Shown here in pieces: positions 28,844-39,391 of a stretch of DNA of 64,000 bases (within the stretch, counting starts at the first letter, position 1; each line of letters opens with the position of its first letter). The DNA comes from Candidatus Bathyarchaeia archaeon. GTDB taxonomy: Archaea > Thermoproteota > Bathyarchaeia > Bathyarchaeales > Bathycorpusculaceae. The notes under the pieces were generated by a model that searched no databases, had not been told where the DNA came from, and saw only the letters and a list, made by a program, of their open reading frames with translations. The translations under genes were made by a program, and so were the position numbers. The stretch spans positions 128,001 through 192,000 of the forward strand of contig JBEKXL010000001.1 in assembly GCA_049512075.1 (NCBI GenBank), written 5' to 3'.

Positions 28844-31015
28844 TTGAGCGAAGTACAGTTGCGTGTTGGAGACGCGAGGCAGAGAGACGTTGGCAGAGGT
28901 ATAGCCCGCATAGATCAGAAGACGATGCAGAAACTGGAAATCTCAGCGGGCGACGTCATAGAGATATGCGGAAAAAGAACGACCTCGGCCATAGCATGGC
29001 CGGCCTACAGTGAAGATCAGAACCGAGACCTGCTCCGCATAGACGGTTTTTCACGCAAGAACGCCGGAGTGGCCATAAACGAGTACGTCATCGTGAGAGC
29101 CGCCAAGGTGAAAACGGCCCTAAGCCTCACGCTCGCCCCGGTTGACATGAGATTGAACGTGGACGAGGACTTCACCAATTTTGTCAGAAACCGCCTGATG
29201 GAAAGAACGCTAGTGGAAGGCGACACAACCCTGGTCATGATGCTTGGACACGCCATACCGTTCACAGTCACGAAAACGCGGCCCCACGGCATAGTAAAAA
29301 TCACGGCGGAAACAAAACTCACGATACTGAACGAACCGGCGCTTGAAGGGAAAGGCCTGCCCAGAACAACCTACGAAGACGTAGGCGGGCTTCGCGAAGA
29401 GATGCAAAGAGTAAGGGAGATGGTGGAACTTCCACTGAGGCACCCGGAACTGTTCCAGCGGCTCGGAATAGAACCCCCAAAAGGAGTGCTGCTGCACGGC
29501 CCGCCCGGATGTGGCAAAACCCTCCTGGCCAGAGCCGTGGCAAACGAGTCAGAAGCCAACTTCTTCTCGATAAACGGCCCTGAAATAATGAGCAAGTTCT
29601 ACGGTGAATCAGAAGCCAGGCTTCGAGAAATCTTTCAGCAAGCCCAGCAGAACGCTCCGAGCATAATATTCATAGATGAACTGGACGCCATAGCCCCAAA
29701 AAGAGAAGAAGTCACGGGCGAAGTGGAAAGACGCGTCGTTGCACAATTGTTAGCACTGATGGACGGATTGTCAGGCAGAGGAAACGTCATAGTCATAGGA
29801 GCCACGAATAGGCCGAGCGCCCTCGACCCGGCTCTTCGCAGACCCGGCAGGTTCGACAGGGAAATCGAGATAGGCGTATCAGACAAGCAGGGAAGGTACG
29901 AAATCCTGCAGATTCACACGCGAGGCATGCCGCTGGCAGAGGGCGTTGACCTCAAGAAACTGTCGGAAATGACGCATGGCTACACGGGCGCTGACGTCTC
30001 TGCGCTTGGAAGAGAAACAGCCATGAAAAGCCTTCGCCGATACCTGCCGCAGATAAACCTTGAGGAAGAACGCATACCGCCCAGCGTGCTGGAAAAAATG
30101 GAAGTAACCATGGAAGACTTCATCAACGCCTACAAGGAAATAACGCCCACGGCCATGCGCGAAGTGTACATAGAAATCCCCACGATACACTGGGAAGACA
30201 TAGGTGGACTGGAAGAAGTCAAACAGGACCTGAAAGAAGCGGTAGAGTGGCCCCTGAAAAACCCTGAAATCTTCACACGCCTCGGCATAAAACCGCCCAA
30301 GGGAATACTGCTCTACGGCCCCCCAGGCTGCGGAAAAACCCTCCTGGGAAAAGCAGTCGCAACAGAGAGCGAAGCCAACTTCATCACCATCAAGGGCCCA
30401 GAAATCTTCTCAAAATGGGTCGGCGAATCCGAAAAAGCCATAAAAGAAGTGTTCAGAAAAGCCAGAATGGCCGCGCCCGCCGTCATATTCTTCGACGAAA
30501 TCGACTCACTCCTGCCCCGCAGAGGCCTGGGATTCTCAGACAGCGGCGTCAGCGAAAGAGTCATCAGCCAACTCCTAACCGAAATGGACGGCATAGTCAC
30601 CCTGGAGGACGTGGTCGTCATAGCCGCCACAAACAGGCCGGACATAGTGGATCCGGCAGTGCTCAGACCTGGAAGGTTCGACCGACTCATCTACGTGCCA
30701 GAACCAGACGAACAGAGCAGAACCCAAATATTCAAAATCTACACGAAAGACATGCCACTTGCAAAAGACGTAGGCATGACGCAGCTGGCAACATTGGCCA
30801 AAAACTACTCGGGCGCCGACATATCAGCCCTTTGCCGAGAAGCAGCAATGTACGCCTTGAGAAAAGACGTGAACACGAAAGAAGTCAAGACGGCGGACTT
30901 CGAGGAAGCCAAAAAAAGAATCGGGCCGTCAGTCACGCCTGACATGGAAAAATGGTACAAGAGCTTCATGCAGCAGGCGAGACAAGTGCAAAAACCCGCC
31001 ACCCCTGTAGCCTAG
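28844..31015 (+). CDS. cdc48: Cdc48/VCP AAA+ ATPase
   Basis: N domain [11 protein letters not shown]; two AAA modules (GPPGCGKT twice, IFIDELD/FFDEID, RPGRFDR twice). Confidence 0.98.
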   Translation: MSEVQLRVGDARQRDVGRGIARIDQKTMQKLEISAGDVIEICGKRTTSAIAWPAYSEDQNRDLLRIDGFSRKNAGVAINEYVIVRAAKVKTALSLTLAPVDMRLNVDEDFTNFVRNRLMERTLVEGDTTLVMMLGHAIPFTVTKTRPHGIVKITAETKLTILNEPALEGKGLPRTTYEDVGGLREEMQRVREMVELPLRHPELFQRLGIEPPKGVLLHGPPGCGKTLLARAVANESEANFFSINGPEIMSKFYGESEARLREIFQQAQQNAPSIIFIDELDAIAPKREEVTGEVERRVVAQLLALMDGLSGRGNVIVIGATNRPSALDPALRRPGRFDREIEIGVSDKQGRYEILQIHTRGMPLAEGVDLKKLSEMTHGYTGADVSALGRETAMKSLRRYLPQINLEEERIPPSVLEKMEVTMEDFINAYKEITPTAMREVYIEIPTIHWEDIGGLEEVKQDLKEAVEWPLKNPEIFTRLGIKPPKGILLYGPPGCGKTLLGKAVATESEANFITIKGPEIFSKWVGESEKAIKEVFRKARMAAPAVIFFDEIDSLLPRRGLGFSDSGVSERVISQLLTEMDGIVTLEDVVVIAATNRPDIVDPAVLRPGRFDRLIYVPEPDEQSRTQIFKIYTKDMPLAKDVGMTQLATLAKNYSGADISALCREAAMYALRKDVNTKEVKTADFEEAKKRIGPSVTPDMEKWYKSFMQQARQVQKPATPVA

Positions 31016-31026
31016 GTGAAACGAAC

Positions 31027-31260
31027 ATGCCCATGCCCACAAAAACTTGGAAACCCCTTCCCGCCTACTTCACCCTGATGGAACTCCTGAAAAAGAAAGG
31101 CGCCTTAGCAGATACGGAGCTCTACGAAGCCTTGATTGACGAATTCGAGGACTTGGGCTACAAGGATTTCAGCGACCTGTTGATGCGACTGGAAATCAGC
31201 GGGAAAATACGCGTCACCTCCATGTCTCGCGGAAAAAGACGCGTTGAACTTCTCACGTGA
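31027..31260 (+). CDS. Small winged-helix protein downstream of cdc48
   Basis: ATG after AGGTGA; helix-helix-wing pattern LLMRLEISGKIRVTSMSRGKRRVEL. Confidence 0.75.
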   Translation: MPMPTKTWKPLPAYFTLMELLKKKGALADTELYEALIDEFEDLGYKDFSDLLMRLEISGKIRVTSMSRGKRRVELLT

Positions 31261-31297
31261 GAAAAAGCAGGCCTCAAAAACTTCGCGCGTGCAACAC

Positions 31298-32515
31298 ATG
31301 AACGAAACTTCAGACGTCATAGTCGTCGGAGGAGGCCCATGCGGCTCCTTCACCGCCCTGAAACTCGCAAAACAGGGCAGGTCCGTAACGGTTTTCGAGG
31401 AACACAACCAGATAGGCGTTCCCTCACACTGCGCTGGACACCTAAGCATGAAAGGCCTGAAGCAGTTGAGACTGCACCCGCTTCCGCCTGAAATAGTTGA
31501 AAACACTTTCTACGGTGCAAACTTTTATTCCCCGAAAGGAAACAAGTTCTCAGTGCATCTTTCCCAACCAGTAACATGCGCCGTCGACCGTGCAATGTTT
31601 GACAAGTACATCTCCGAAAAAGCCAAAGATGCAGGTGCAAGCTACCGCCTGAACTCCCGGGTAGAAACATTAATCATGAAAAACGCCTTTGCAGAAGGAA
31701 CAGTCGTCAATCAAGAGGGAACAAGCGAGAACAGGCAGGCAAGACTTGTCGTGGACGCTGAAGGAATATCCTCGAGGATAACGAGGGAAGCAGGCCTGCC
31801 CAGACCCCGGAACCTTCTGAAGGGAGTAGAAGCAGAGGTTGAAAACGTCAAAGACGTGGAGTCGGACACAGTTGACGTTTATCTCGGAAACAGCTATGCC
31901 CCAGGCTTCTACGCGTGGTTAATACCAAAAAGAGAGGGAAGAGCAAAAGTCGGCTTAGCCGCAAGAACTGGAAACCCAAAAGATCTTCTGCAAAAACTCA
32001 TGCTTAAACATCCCGCAGCCTCAAGAAAACTTCGATCAGCGAATATCCTGAGAACCATATTCCACCCGATAACGCTTGGAGGCCCAACCGCACAGGCATG
32101 TTCAAACGGGTTCCTAGCCGTGGGCGATGCTGCCTCACAAGTGAAGCCTACCACAGGAGGCGGCGTGATCTTCGGCATGACCTGCGCGCAAGTAGCGGCT
32201 GAAGTGGCCTCTGAAGCCCTCGACAAGAACGACTTCTCCAAAGAGTTTCTAGACAGGTACCAGAACAGATGCAAAGAAGTCCTCGGTTTCGACATGAGAA
32301 TCATGCTTAGAATGAGAAAAACGCTCGACGCATTGTCTGACGAGAGAATTGACGAGGCGATCGCCTTGTGCGCAAGACTCAGCTTGGACAAAACCCTGCA
32401 GAACGTCAAAGACATAGACTTTCAGGGAAAAACCCTTCTACACGTCCTGCGAAGCCCCCGCATGCTGACAGCTCTCGCCTACTTCTTTTTCGCTTACCTA
32501 TCTGCGAACCTTTAA
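31298..32515 (+). CDS. Geranylgeranyl reductase family FAD-dependent oxidoreductase
   Basis: DVIVVGGGPCG, HCAG, DRAMFD, YAWLIP, VGDAASQVKPTTGGGV. Confidence 0.9.
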   Translation: MNETSDVIVVGGGPCGSFTALKLAKQGRSVTVFEEHNQIGVPSHCAGHLSMKGLKQLRLHPLPPEIVENTFYGANFYSPKGNKFSVHLSQPVTCAVDRAMFDKYISEKAKDAGASYRLNSRVETLIMKNAFAEGTVVNQEGTSENRQARLVVDAEGISSRITREAGLPRPRNLLKGVEAEVENVKDVESDTVDVYLGNSYAPGFYAWLIPKREGRAKVGLAARTGNPKDLLQKLMLKHPAASRKLRSANILRTIFHPITLGGPTAQACSNGFLAVGDAASQVKPTTGGGVIFGMTCAQVAAEVASEALDKNDFSKEFLDRYQNRCKEVLGFDMRIMLRMRKTLDALSDERIDEAIALCARLSLDKTLQNVKDIDFQGKTLLHVLRSPRMLTALAYFFFAYLSANL

Positions 32516-32558
32516 AATCCCACGAGGATAAACAAGTACGGAAGGACGAGGCGAACCC

Positions 32559-32921
32559 ATGTACGAGTTTCGTTACAAACAAGTCATAGTCTTCCGTTCA
32601 AATCTGAGGTTGAGCAAAGGCAAGACGGCAGCGCAAGCTGGACACGCCGCAGTTTCAGCGGCAGAAGAAGCGCGCAAGCACCACAGAGAATGGTTTGAAG
32701 GCTGGTCCAAGGAGGGCCAGTGCAAAATCGCCGTCAAAGTGAAAAACGAAGAAGAACTGTCAGAACTGGAAGAAAGAGCCAGAGAAATGGGTTTGCCGCA
32801 CGCACTCGTCATCGACAGAGGCCTCACAGAAGTTCCAGCTGGAACAGTGACATGCCTGGGAATCGGCCCTGCCCCAGTAGAAAAAGTTGACAAGATTACC
32901 CGCAGCCTCCCACTCCTGTAA
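32559..32921 (+). CDS. pth2: Peptidyl-tRNA hydrolase 2
   Basis: KQVIVFR, SKGKTAAQAGHA, DRGLTEV, GIGP. Confidence 0.97.
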   Translation: MYEFRYKQVIVFRSNLRLSKGKTAAQAGHAAVSAAEEARKHHREWFEGWSKEGQCKIAVKVKNEEELSELEERAREMGLPHALVIDRGLTEVPAGTVTCLGIGPAPVEKVDKITRSLPLL

Positions 32922-32934
32922 ACGGGTGCCAACC

Positions 32935-34320
32935 TTGCAGCCTCCAAAACTTGAAAAGCAAGTAGGCATCGAAGTCTATGCTACCCGTTCAACAGGCATC
33001 GGCGGAACCATCCGCAAGAACGTTGAAGACTTTAACGTCGAGGAACTGCTAGTAGACGGCTCAAAAGCCCAGACAGAAACTTTAGAAAGCTGCACCGACC
33101 ACCACGTGCTGGGCTGTTCAACGGCCAAGAACCGTTACCTGTTATGCACCATGGTCAAACGGAACTGGGACACATTTGTAGCTGTCAAAAACATCGCCAA
33201 CCAGCTTGGTATAGGCTCAGAGCAAATTCAAATTGCAGGAATAAAAGACGCAAAGGCCCTAACCGCGCAACACATCACAATCGAAGACGCATCACCCGAA
33301 CAAGTGCAGAAAGCCCATGTTAAAGACATAGAAATCCGCCCACTGGGCTATTTGCACAACAAACTGTCGACATACTACCTCTTGGGCAACAGGTTCCACA
33401 TACGTATCAAAGCCGTGAACCACTCAAAACCCGTAATCAAGAAGAGAATTACGAAAACGGTTGAAGAACTCAAAGCAATCGGCGGGATTCCAAACTTCTT
33501 CGGGCACCAACGTTTCGGAACAATCCGCCCAATAACACACCTGGTCGGAAAAGCCATCATCAAAAAGGACCTGGAAAAGGCTGCAATGCTGTTCCTAGCC
33601 AGACCAAGCCCTTACGAGCACCCCTCATCACGACAGGCTCGCCAAGAATTGCAAGCAACGCAGGATTTCGAAAAAGCTATGAAAGAGTTCCCCAGTCAAC
33701 TACGCTACGAAAGATCAATGCTGAAACACTTGGTCAAACGCCCAGACGATTTTGCTGGCTCTTTCAGAACACTGCCCTTCAAACTGCAGGAACTGTTCAT
33801 CCAGGCCTACGAATCCTACTTGTTCAACAGGTTCCTAAGCAGAAGAATTACACAAGGGCTGCCGCTAAACATGGTTGAAGTCGGAGACTGGGTTGTAGCC
33901 ATAGAACACTCAGGACTACCCAGCCCTACCATATTCAAAACAGTCAACCTGGAAAAACGGTCGGAAATTAACAATTCGATGCGACATGGGAAGCTGAGAC
34001 TGGCAATTCCACTGGTTGGATTCAAACAGCATCCTTCACAAGGAGTTCAAGGAGAAATCGAAAAACGAATCCTAGAAGAGGAAGACGTTTCTCCCAGCGA
34101 ATTCCGCATACTCACGATGCCTGAAGTGAGCACCAAAGGAAGACTCCGAGCCGCCACGACTCCGATCAACAATTTCTCGACGGACGAGATCTCACCTGAC
34201 GCAAACAGACCACGTGGATTCGATATCGGAGTAACGTTCATGCTGTATCGCGGCTCGTACGCAACGATACTGCTGAGGGAAATCATGAAACCAAGAAACA
34301 TAATAAAAGAAGGATTCTGA
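32935..34320 (+). CDS. truD: tRNA pseudouridine(13) synthase
   Basis: EDFNVEE, AGIKDAKALTAQ, GNRFHI, PNFFGHQRFG, RGSYATILLRE. Confidence 0.95.
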   Translation: MQPPKLEKQVGIEVYATRSTGIGGTIRKNVEDFNVEELLVDGSKAQTETLESCTDHHVLGCSTAKNRYLLCTMVKRNWDTFVAVKNIANQLGIGSEQIQIAGIKDAKALTAQHITIEDASPEQVQKAHVKDIEIRPLGYLHNKLSTYYLLGNRFHIRIKAVNHSKPVIKKRITKTVEELKAIGGIPNFFGHQRFGTIRPITHLVGKAIIKKDLEKAAMLFLARPSPYEHPSSRQARQELQATQDFEKAMKEFPSQLRYERSMLKHLVKRPDDFAGSFRTLPFKLQELFIQAYESYLFNRFLSRRITQGLPLNMVEVGDWVVAIEHSGLPSPTIFKTVNLEKRSEINNSMRHGKLRLAIPLVGFKQHPSQGVQGEIEKRILEEEDVSPSEFRILTMPEVSTKGRLRAATTPINNFSTDEISPDANRPRGFDIGVTFMLYRGSYATILLREIMKPRNIIKEGF

Positions 34321-34534
34321 GGACTTACACCTTCTTCAACGCGCGCCTCTGAAATCTCGCTCGCAAAACGGTCACTTACATTTTTCCCTAAAAAACAAGC
34401 GACTCTCTACAAGCGGAGCACACGTAAGTTCCACAATCGTGGTCTGCATGTCCTGTCCGTGAAAGGAATTGACCACCAATATTCTAAAGCTTTATCGCTT
34501 AGCGACTCGTGAATAGTGGGCAAGATGACATGCC

Positions 34535-35542
34535 ATGGAAGCAGCTGAAGCCGCAAGAAATGCCCTTGAGTGTGTTCTAGAAGCAAAGAAGGGCGAAACC
34601 ATCATGATATTTTGTGACGATGAAAAGACGGATGTCTGCGAACCGTTTTCCATAGGCGCCCTGAGTCTCGGCCTGAAGACACGCTTGATCAAGCTGAAGA
34701 CCGAACCGACCTTACGGAAAGATATTCCTCTAGAGATCAAAGAAATCTTCACAAAACAAAGAACAGACATCTTCGTCAACCTGCTGCGCGGAAACCGAGA
34801 AGAAACAACTTTCAGGATAAAGCTCACCGAATTGGAAACCGAAGACCGCAAAGCACGCCTTGCCCACTGCCCAGGCATCACGCTGGACATGCTCACCGAC
34901 GGCGCCCTAGCTCTCACCATCAAAGATCACAGAGAAATGCAAGACTTCGCGAACAGTCTGATCCAACGGCTAGGACAAGCATCCCGTGTGGAAATAACAA
35001 ACTCGGCAGGCACGAACATTTCGATGAGCGTTGAAAGAAGACCCTTCTTCACGGACACTATGATAGATTGGAACAGATTAAGTTGGATGAACATGCCGAC
35101 TGGAGAGGTCACGGTCGCACCTGTAGAAGACTCGCTTGAGGGCGAACTGATCTGCGACATGGCGATAGGCGGAATAGGCCCAATAAAAGCGGCTGTAGGG
35201 ATCACAGCAAAGGGTGGGAAGGTGCAGAAAACCGAGTCCCAGGACGACCGAGTGCTGAGAAGTGTTGAAGAATCGTTAAAGACCGACAGCCGAGCAAAAA
35301 TTGTGGGCGAATTTGCTTTCGGAATAAACCCAAAAGCAAGATTTGTTGAAGAGTTTCTCGAGGCTGAAAAAATCCTTGGCACGGTGCACGTAGCCTTTGG
35401 CAACAATTCGGATATGCCTGGTGGAAGGAACCCGTCAAGCAACCATATGGACTTCCTCATATCAAAGCCTACGGTCAAAATCGTTAATTCGGACAACTCC
35501 GCTTTTGATGTACTTGTAAACGGAGTATTCAAGAGCCTGTAG
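34535..35542 (+). CDS. Aminopeptidase, M29/thermophilic metalloprotease-like
   Basis: NMPTGEV, GEFAFGINP, EKILGTVHVAFG, HMDF. Confidence 0.85.
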   Translation: MEAAEAARNALECVLEAKKGETIMIFCDDEKTDVCEPFSIGALSLGLKTRLIKLKTEPTLRKDIPLEIKEIFTKQRTDIFVNLLRGNREETTFRIKLTELETEDRKARLAHCPGITLDMLTDGALALTIKDHREMQDFANSLIQRLGQASRVEITNSAGTNISMSVERRPFFTDTMIDWNRLSWMNMPTGEVTVAPVEDSLEGELICDMAIGGIGPIKAAVGITAKGGKVQKTESQDDRVLRSVEESLKTDSRAKIVGEFAFGINPKARFVEEFLEAEKILGTVHVAFGNNSDMPGGRNPSSNHMDFLISKPTVKIVNSDNSAFDVLVNGVFKSL

Positions 35543-35586
35543 CGTGTGTGCGCAGTTGAAACGTTTAAGTGCAAAGAGCAAATTCT

Positions 35587-35871
35587 ATGAGTGGAAGGCT
35601 GGAGCGCATGTCTGATAAAACGGAAGAGAAACTGCCGATATCCGAATTCTACAAAGTCGTCGATTCCGTGACGATTTTCAAGAATAAGAACTGGTGGGAA
35701 GCCATAGTTGTCTTTGAATCATACGGAAAAAGGTCAATCGGCATGTACCTTTGGCAAAAAAGGGAAGACATCTGGAAGAGAAAACACAAATTCAACGTCA
35801 GAAATCTGGAAGAATGGAACAAACTCAAGAACGCCGTAGAACAGCTCACACCTAAACTTGCGCCAAAATAG
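35587..35871 (+). CDS. Conserved hypothetical protein
   Basis: Trp-rich globular ORF; start at ATG 35587 or 35608. Confidence 0.7.
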   Translation: MSGRLERMSDKTEEKLPISEFYKVVDSVTIFKNKNWWEAIVVFESYGKRSIGMYLWQKREDIWKRKHKFNVRNLEEWNKLKNAVEQLTPKLAPK

Positions 35872-35943
35872 CCCATTTTTGAAATTCATCATTTTAATCC
35901 TTATTCTAGATTAAGATCTGAAATTGAATAGTCTTATTACCAT

Positions 35944-36390
35944 ATGCTGGGCAACAAAAACAGGGCGAATAGCATGAGCGCGTCAGAGCAAGAAACACAA
36001 CAGATTTCAGAAGATTGGGAGGTGGGCGAAGAGAGCCAGCAGCAAGAGCAAGAAATCGGCCAGCAAACTGAGAATGAAGAGAACGAGACACCGGCTGAAG
36101 CGGTGCACCTAAAGCAAAAAAGGAATGAACGAAAGCGTAGATCGACCCTGCAACTGGAACGCAGCAGTTTTGTCCATGGGCTTGCCACCGGTCTCGGCAT
36201 CGGATGCATAGCAGCATTCGTCATGTTGTGGCTGACAGTGTTCTTCACCCCGCAATTACCATCAGGAATTACCTACGAAGTCATGCTGTCAACGTTCATT
36301 TATCCTATAATCTATCTTTTCGCACTCGGTTTAATCGCATTAACAGTAGGGATCGTTGGGGAACACTACGCTGTGAAAAGCCGAGTCTGA
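35944..36390 (+). CDS. Hypothetical membrane protein (acidic N-terminus, two TM segments)
   Basis: Glu/Gln-rich N-terminus followed by two hydrophobic helices. Confidence 0.7.
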   Translation: MLGNKNRANSMSASEQETQQISEDWEVGEESQQQEQEIGQQTENEENETPAEAVHLKQKRNERKRRSTLQLERSSFVHGLATGLGIGCIAAFVMLWLTVFFTPQLPSGITYEVMLSTFIYPIIYLFALGLIALTVGIVGEHYAVKSRV

Positions 36391-36475
36391 ACACGAAACA
36401 CGGCGCGGGGTAAGGCCGAGAATTGTGCACGGGCAGCGTGGATCATTCCAGATAAAAAGTGAGACAGGCTACTCT

Positions 36476-37237
36476 TCAGAAGGTGTATTTGTCACCTTCA
36501 GATAAAATGCGCTCCAAAGCTGCATTGAAGTTTATGATCCCCTCGCTTGTCTTGGCTGAAATGGGAGTCAACGGAAATCTCAAGCCCAGCTTGTAAATCG
36601 CCTGCATCACGTTTCTGCTCAGCAAGCGTTTCGTCCCATCGAGTTTTTCATCGATTGCAGAAGTCAAGGCGTTGGGATTTGATGACCAATCCACAACCCT
36701 GTCAACTTCTTGTTTGGGAAGCAAATCACACTTCGACAATAGATGCATTTGAGGTAGGAGAAAGCGGTTGCAGACCGCTGCTGAGAGAAAAAGGTTTGAA
36801 ACACAGTTGAGCGGATTGACCGAAAAGACGGCGTCAAACAGGTAAACTATGGCTTTGGGCTCCTTGGTGAGTTCGCTGGCGATGTACGGTCCGCTGGCCC
36901 TGAACGCAAACAATTCCATCTGCCCCGAGGTATCCACCAAAACTATGTCAGACTGTAACTCCTCAATTTCTTTTGAAATGTTCTCCACTTGATCCGCAAC
37001 CAAGTCTGCAGCCATTACCAAAGCCCCGTTTGGTCCTAAACCGTACTCTTCCATCAAATTGCTAACGTCAACGTAGTCACGAACATCCACTTCCGGCGAG
37101 TACGGAAGCGTTAACACTCCTGGATCTAGATTAACGGTCACAACGTCCTGTTTGGACATTTTCAACCATTCCTCAAAAGCCGCCGTGAGTTGAGACTTGC
37201 CAGATCCGGCAGTTCCTATTATGAAAACAACAAACAT
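36476..37237 (-). CDS. GPN-loop GTPase
   Basis: GTAGSGKS, NLDPG, YGLGPNGAL, DTSGQMELF, SKCDLL. Confidence 0.95.
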   Translation of the reverse strand: MFVVFIIGTAGSGKSQLTAAFEEWLKMSKQDVVTVNLDPGVLTLPYSPEVDVRDYVDVSNLMEEYGLGPNGALVMAADLVADQVENISKEIEELQSDIVLVDTSGQMELFAFRASGPYIASELTKEPKAIVYLFDAVFSVNPLNCVSNLFLSAAVCNRFLLPQMHLLSKCDLLPKQEVDRVVDWSSNPNALTSAIDEKLDGTKRLLSRNVMQAIYKLGLRFPLTPISAKTSEGIINFNAALERILSEGDKYTF

Positions 37238-37317
37238 ACCCTAACAACAACCCCTGTCTAAGTATGAAACGCCGCGCATGATATCAAAACTTCACTCTCG
37301 GGTTAAAGCTTTTCTTG

Positions 37318-38460
37318 TTAAGAAGGAATCTCAGGCGGCGGCGGTTCGGAAATCTCTGAGCCATTATGCCTTGACATCAAAAACACAACTGTGCCGACGC
37401 TGACTAAGACCACAGTCAAACCCAGCAGTGCAATGAAAAACCACGGCAAAACCGTCACCGTCCTAGTCGGACTGTCTGCAGAAGCATAATCTCCATTTCC
37501 AGACCAGCTCGCTCGAAGATAACATATGCCCGAAACGTCTGCACGCCACACATATGCGAAACGCCCGCTAGAGTCTGTAGAGACCGTGCACAATTCCGAC
37601 CAAGATAAACCGTTTGCTTTGATGTAGATTGTAATTGTATTGTTTTGTAGATGTGGTGAAAGCGTTCCTGTAAGTGTGACTGCGGTTGCTTGAATAAGAA
37701 ACGTTGATGAGACATCCAGCGAAGCTGTCGAAATTGCCAAGGCTTTGTAGCTTGCGGAAACCTGTCCTGGAGCGGATTGTTCACAGTTTTCAAGGGTGAA
37801 GGCTTGAAGTGTTGCATTCTGCAGATCATCCGGACATTCGCCTACTCTCCATCCTTCCTGCCAGTCGCCTCCTGTACATTCGGCCATGTAGTATTTCGTA
37901 CCGTCATGCAGGACGTAATTAATATCCCCCCTTGCATACTGCGGCGAATGTGAAAGGCTCACGCCGATGTTCATATGGTCCGCACTTTCATAGTAAAAAA
38001 GCGCTACGTTCAGCCCGCCGGCTTTCATGATCGACGCTGCAATGTATGAGAAAAGGGCGCAATCTCCTTTGTTTGCCACGATTGTCTCAACAGGATACTT
38101 CGAAGGTGTGGTCTCTTCATAGGGTATCTGGTGCACGATCATTAAGACGCCATTTGCAAAATCCTCATTGTCAGAGTATATTCCACGCAGACAATCAGCG
38201 ATCGGTTTCAAAGCATAGGGCGTAACGAACGTGGCAAAATCACTGGTTGAGATTAGCATATGACCCTTTTCAGCATAGTATTCCAAAAGCGACTCTGAAA
38301 CTGCAACATTTAGACTATAGTGTATAGACCCGCTTGGATGATCTAGAAGCTCGTAGGAGAAGACAGAATTCGCGGACAGAACGCTTGGAGGCAAACACGA
38401 AAGCACAACGAAAACAATCAGCACAACAAACGCTAATTCAGACTTGGTCTTCATCTTCAT
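37318..38460 (-). CDS. Membrane-anchored transglutaminase-like protein with Ig-like domain
   Basis: Signal peptide; YPVETIVANKGDC...HMNIG...YYMAECT; C-terminal TM helix. Confidence 0.75.
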   Translation of the reverse strand: MKMKTKSELAFVVLIVFVVLSCLPPSVLSANSVFSYELLDHPSGSIHYSLNVAVSESLLEYYAEKGHMLISTSDFATFVTPYALKPIADCLRGIYSDNEDFANGVLMIVHQIPYEETTPSKYPVETIVANKGDCALFSYIAASIMKAGGLNVALFYYESADHMNIGVSLSHSPQYARGDINYVLHDGTKYYMAECTGGDWQEGWRVGECPDDLQNATLQAFTLENCEQSAPGQVSASYKALAISTASLDVSSTFLIQATAVTLTGTLSPHLQNNTITIYIKANGLSWSELCTVSTDSSGRFAYVWRADVSGICYLRASWSGNGDYASADSPTRTVTVLPWFFIALLGLTVVLVSVGTVVFLMSRHNGSEISEPPPPEIPS

Positions 38461-38561
38461 CTGAAAATGTTGTTACACGTCAAACTAATGGCACTTATGA
38501 AGAGCCAATCAATAGCGAAAAAATGGTTTAATCGTTCATGTGGAGGTTCGCGACAGGTTCC

Positions 38562-39347
38562 CTATATTCTTGCAGAAGCCCTCTCTCGACGATCGAACAT
38601 ACATGTATGCGTGTAGCCTACTCTTTTTGCCAGTTTTATTGCTTCCTTGAAGTCCCGTCCAACATCCTCGGGTACATGAGCGTCTGAACCGAACGTTACT
38701 TGAACATTGTGTCTGTGCAGTATCCTCAAGAACTGTTCACTTGGATAGATTTCTTGGCAGGGTCTTCTCAAACCTCTTGTGTTAATCTCTATGCACACGT
38801 TTGATTCTGCTAAAGGCTCAGCGGTTTCCACCAGAATGTGCGAAAAATCGGTTTTCGGTTTTGCCCCGAAGATTTTGATAAGGTCTGGATGCCCCAGAAC
38901 ATCGAAAAGGCGGGAGCTGGCCGCGCTTCTGACAAGGCTGAAGTACTCATCATAGACTTGCCACGTGTCCGTCTTTGAAAACTCGTGCATTTCAGAAGGT
39001 TCATCAAAAATCCAGTTGCCAATTACATGAACGGATCCTATCACGTAATCAAACGGGTACTTTCGGATGAATTCCCTTATCTTGCGGGCGTCATCCGGAA
39101 AAAAATCTATTTCGATGCCCAGCTTGACAGGAACACTTGATCTTTCTTTGCATTCGACAAAATCGTGAACATAAGCCGGCATTTGCTGGGCAAAATTGTC
39201 TGAACGCTCCCTGAGAGGACGCAGCAGAACATGTTCTGAAAAACCTATCTCGTGAATTCCTCTCTTCTTTGCTACCCGGACACAATCTGCCATGCTTCCC
39301 TCAGCGTCAGGAGAAGCTCGCGTGTGAATGTGATAATCCGCAATCAT
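38562..39347 (-). CDS. PHP-family histidinol-phosphatase (HisJ/HisK type)
   Basis: DYHIHT, GFSEH, GIEID, IGSVH, GHPDL, FGSDAH. Confidence 0.9.
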   Translation of the reverse strand: MIADYHIHTRASPDAEGSMADCVRVAKKRGIHEIGFSEHVLLRPLRERSDNFAQQMPAYVHDFVECKERSSVPVKLGIEIDFFPDDARKIREFIRKYPFDYVIGSVHVIGNWIFDEPSEMHEFSKTDTWQVYDEYFSLVRSAASSRLFDVLGHPDLIKIFGAKPKTDFSHILVETAEPLAESNVCIEINTRGLRRPCQEIYPSEQFLRILHRHNVQVTFGSDAHVPEDVGRDFKEAIKLAKRVGYTHTCMFDRRERASARI

Positions 39348-39391
39348 CCTACTACACCAGTCCCTAACCTGTGAAGAGAATGCTAGAAACT

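Noticed and set aside
29017-35574. Numerous antisense and alternative-frame ORFs over cdc48, GGR, truD and the aminopeptidase (likewise over glmS, trpB2 and arl genes)
   Set aside because: Shadows of well-supported genes with no recognisable motifs.
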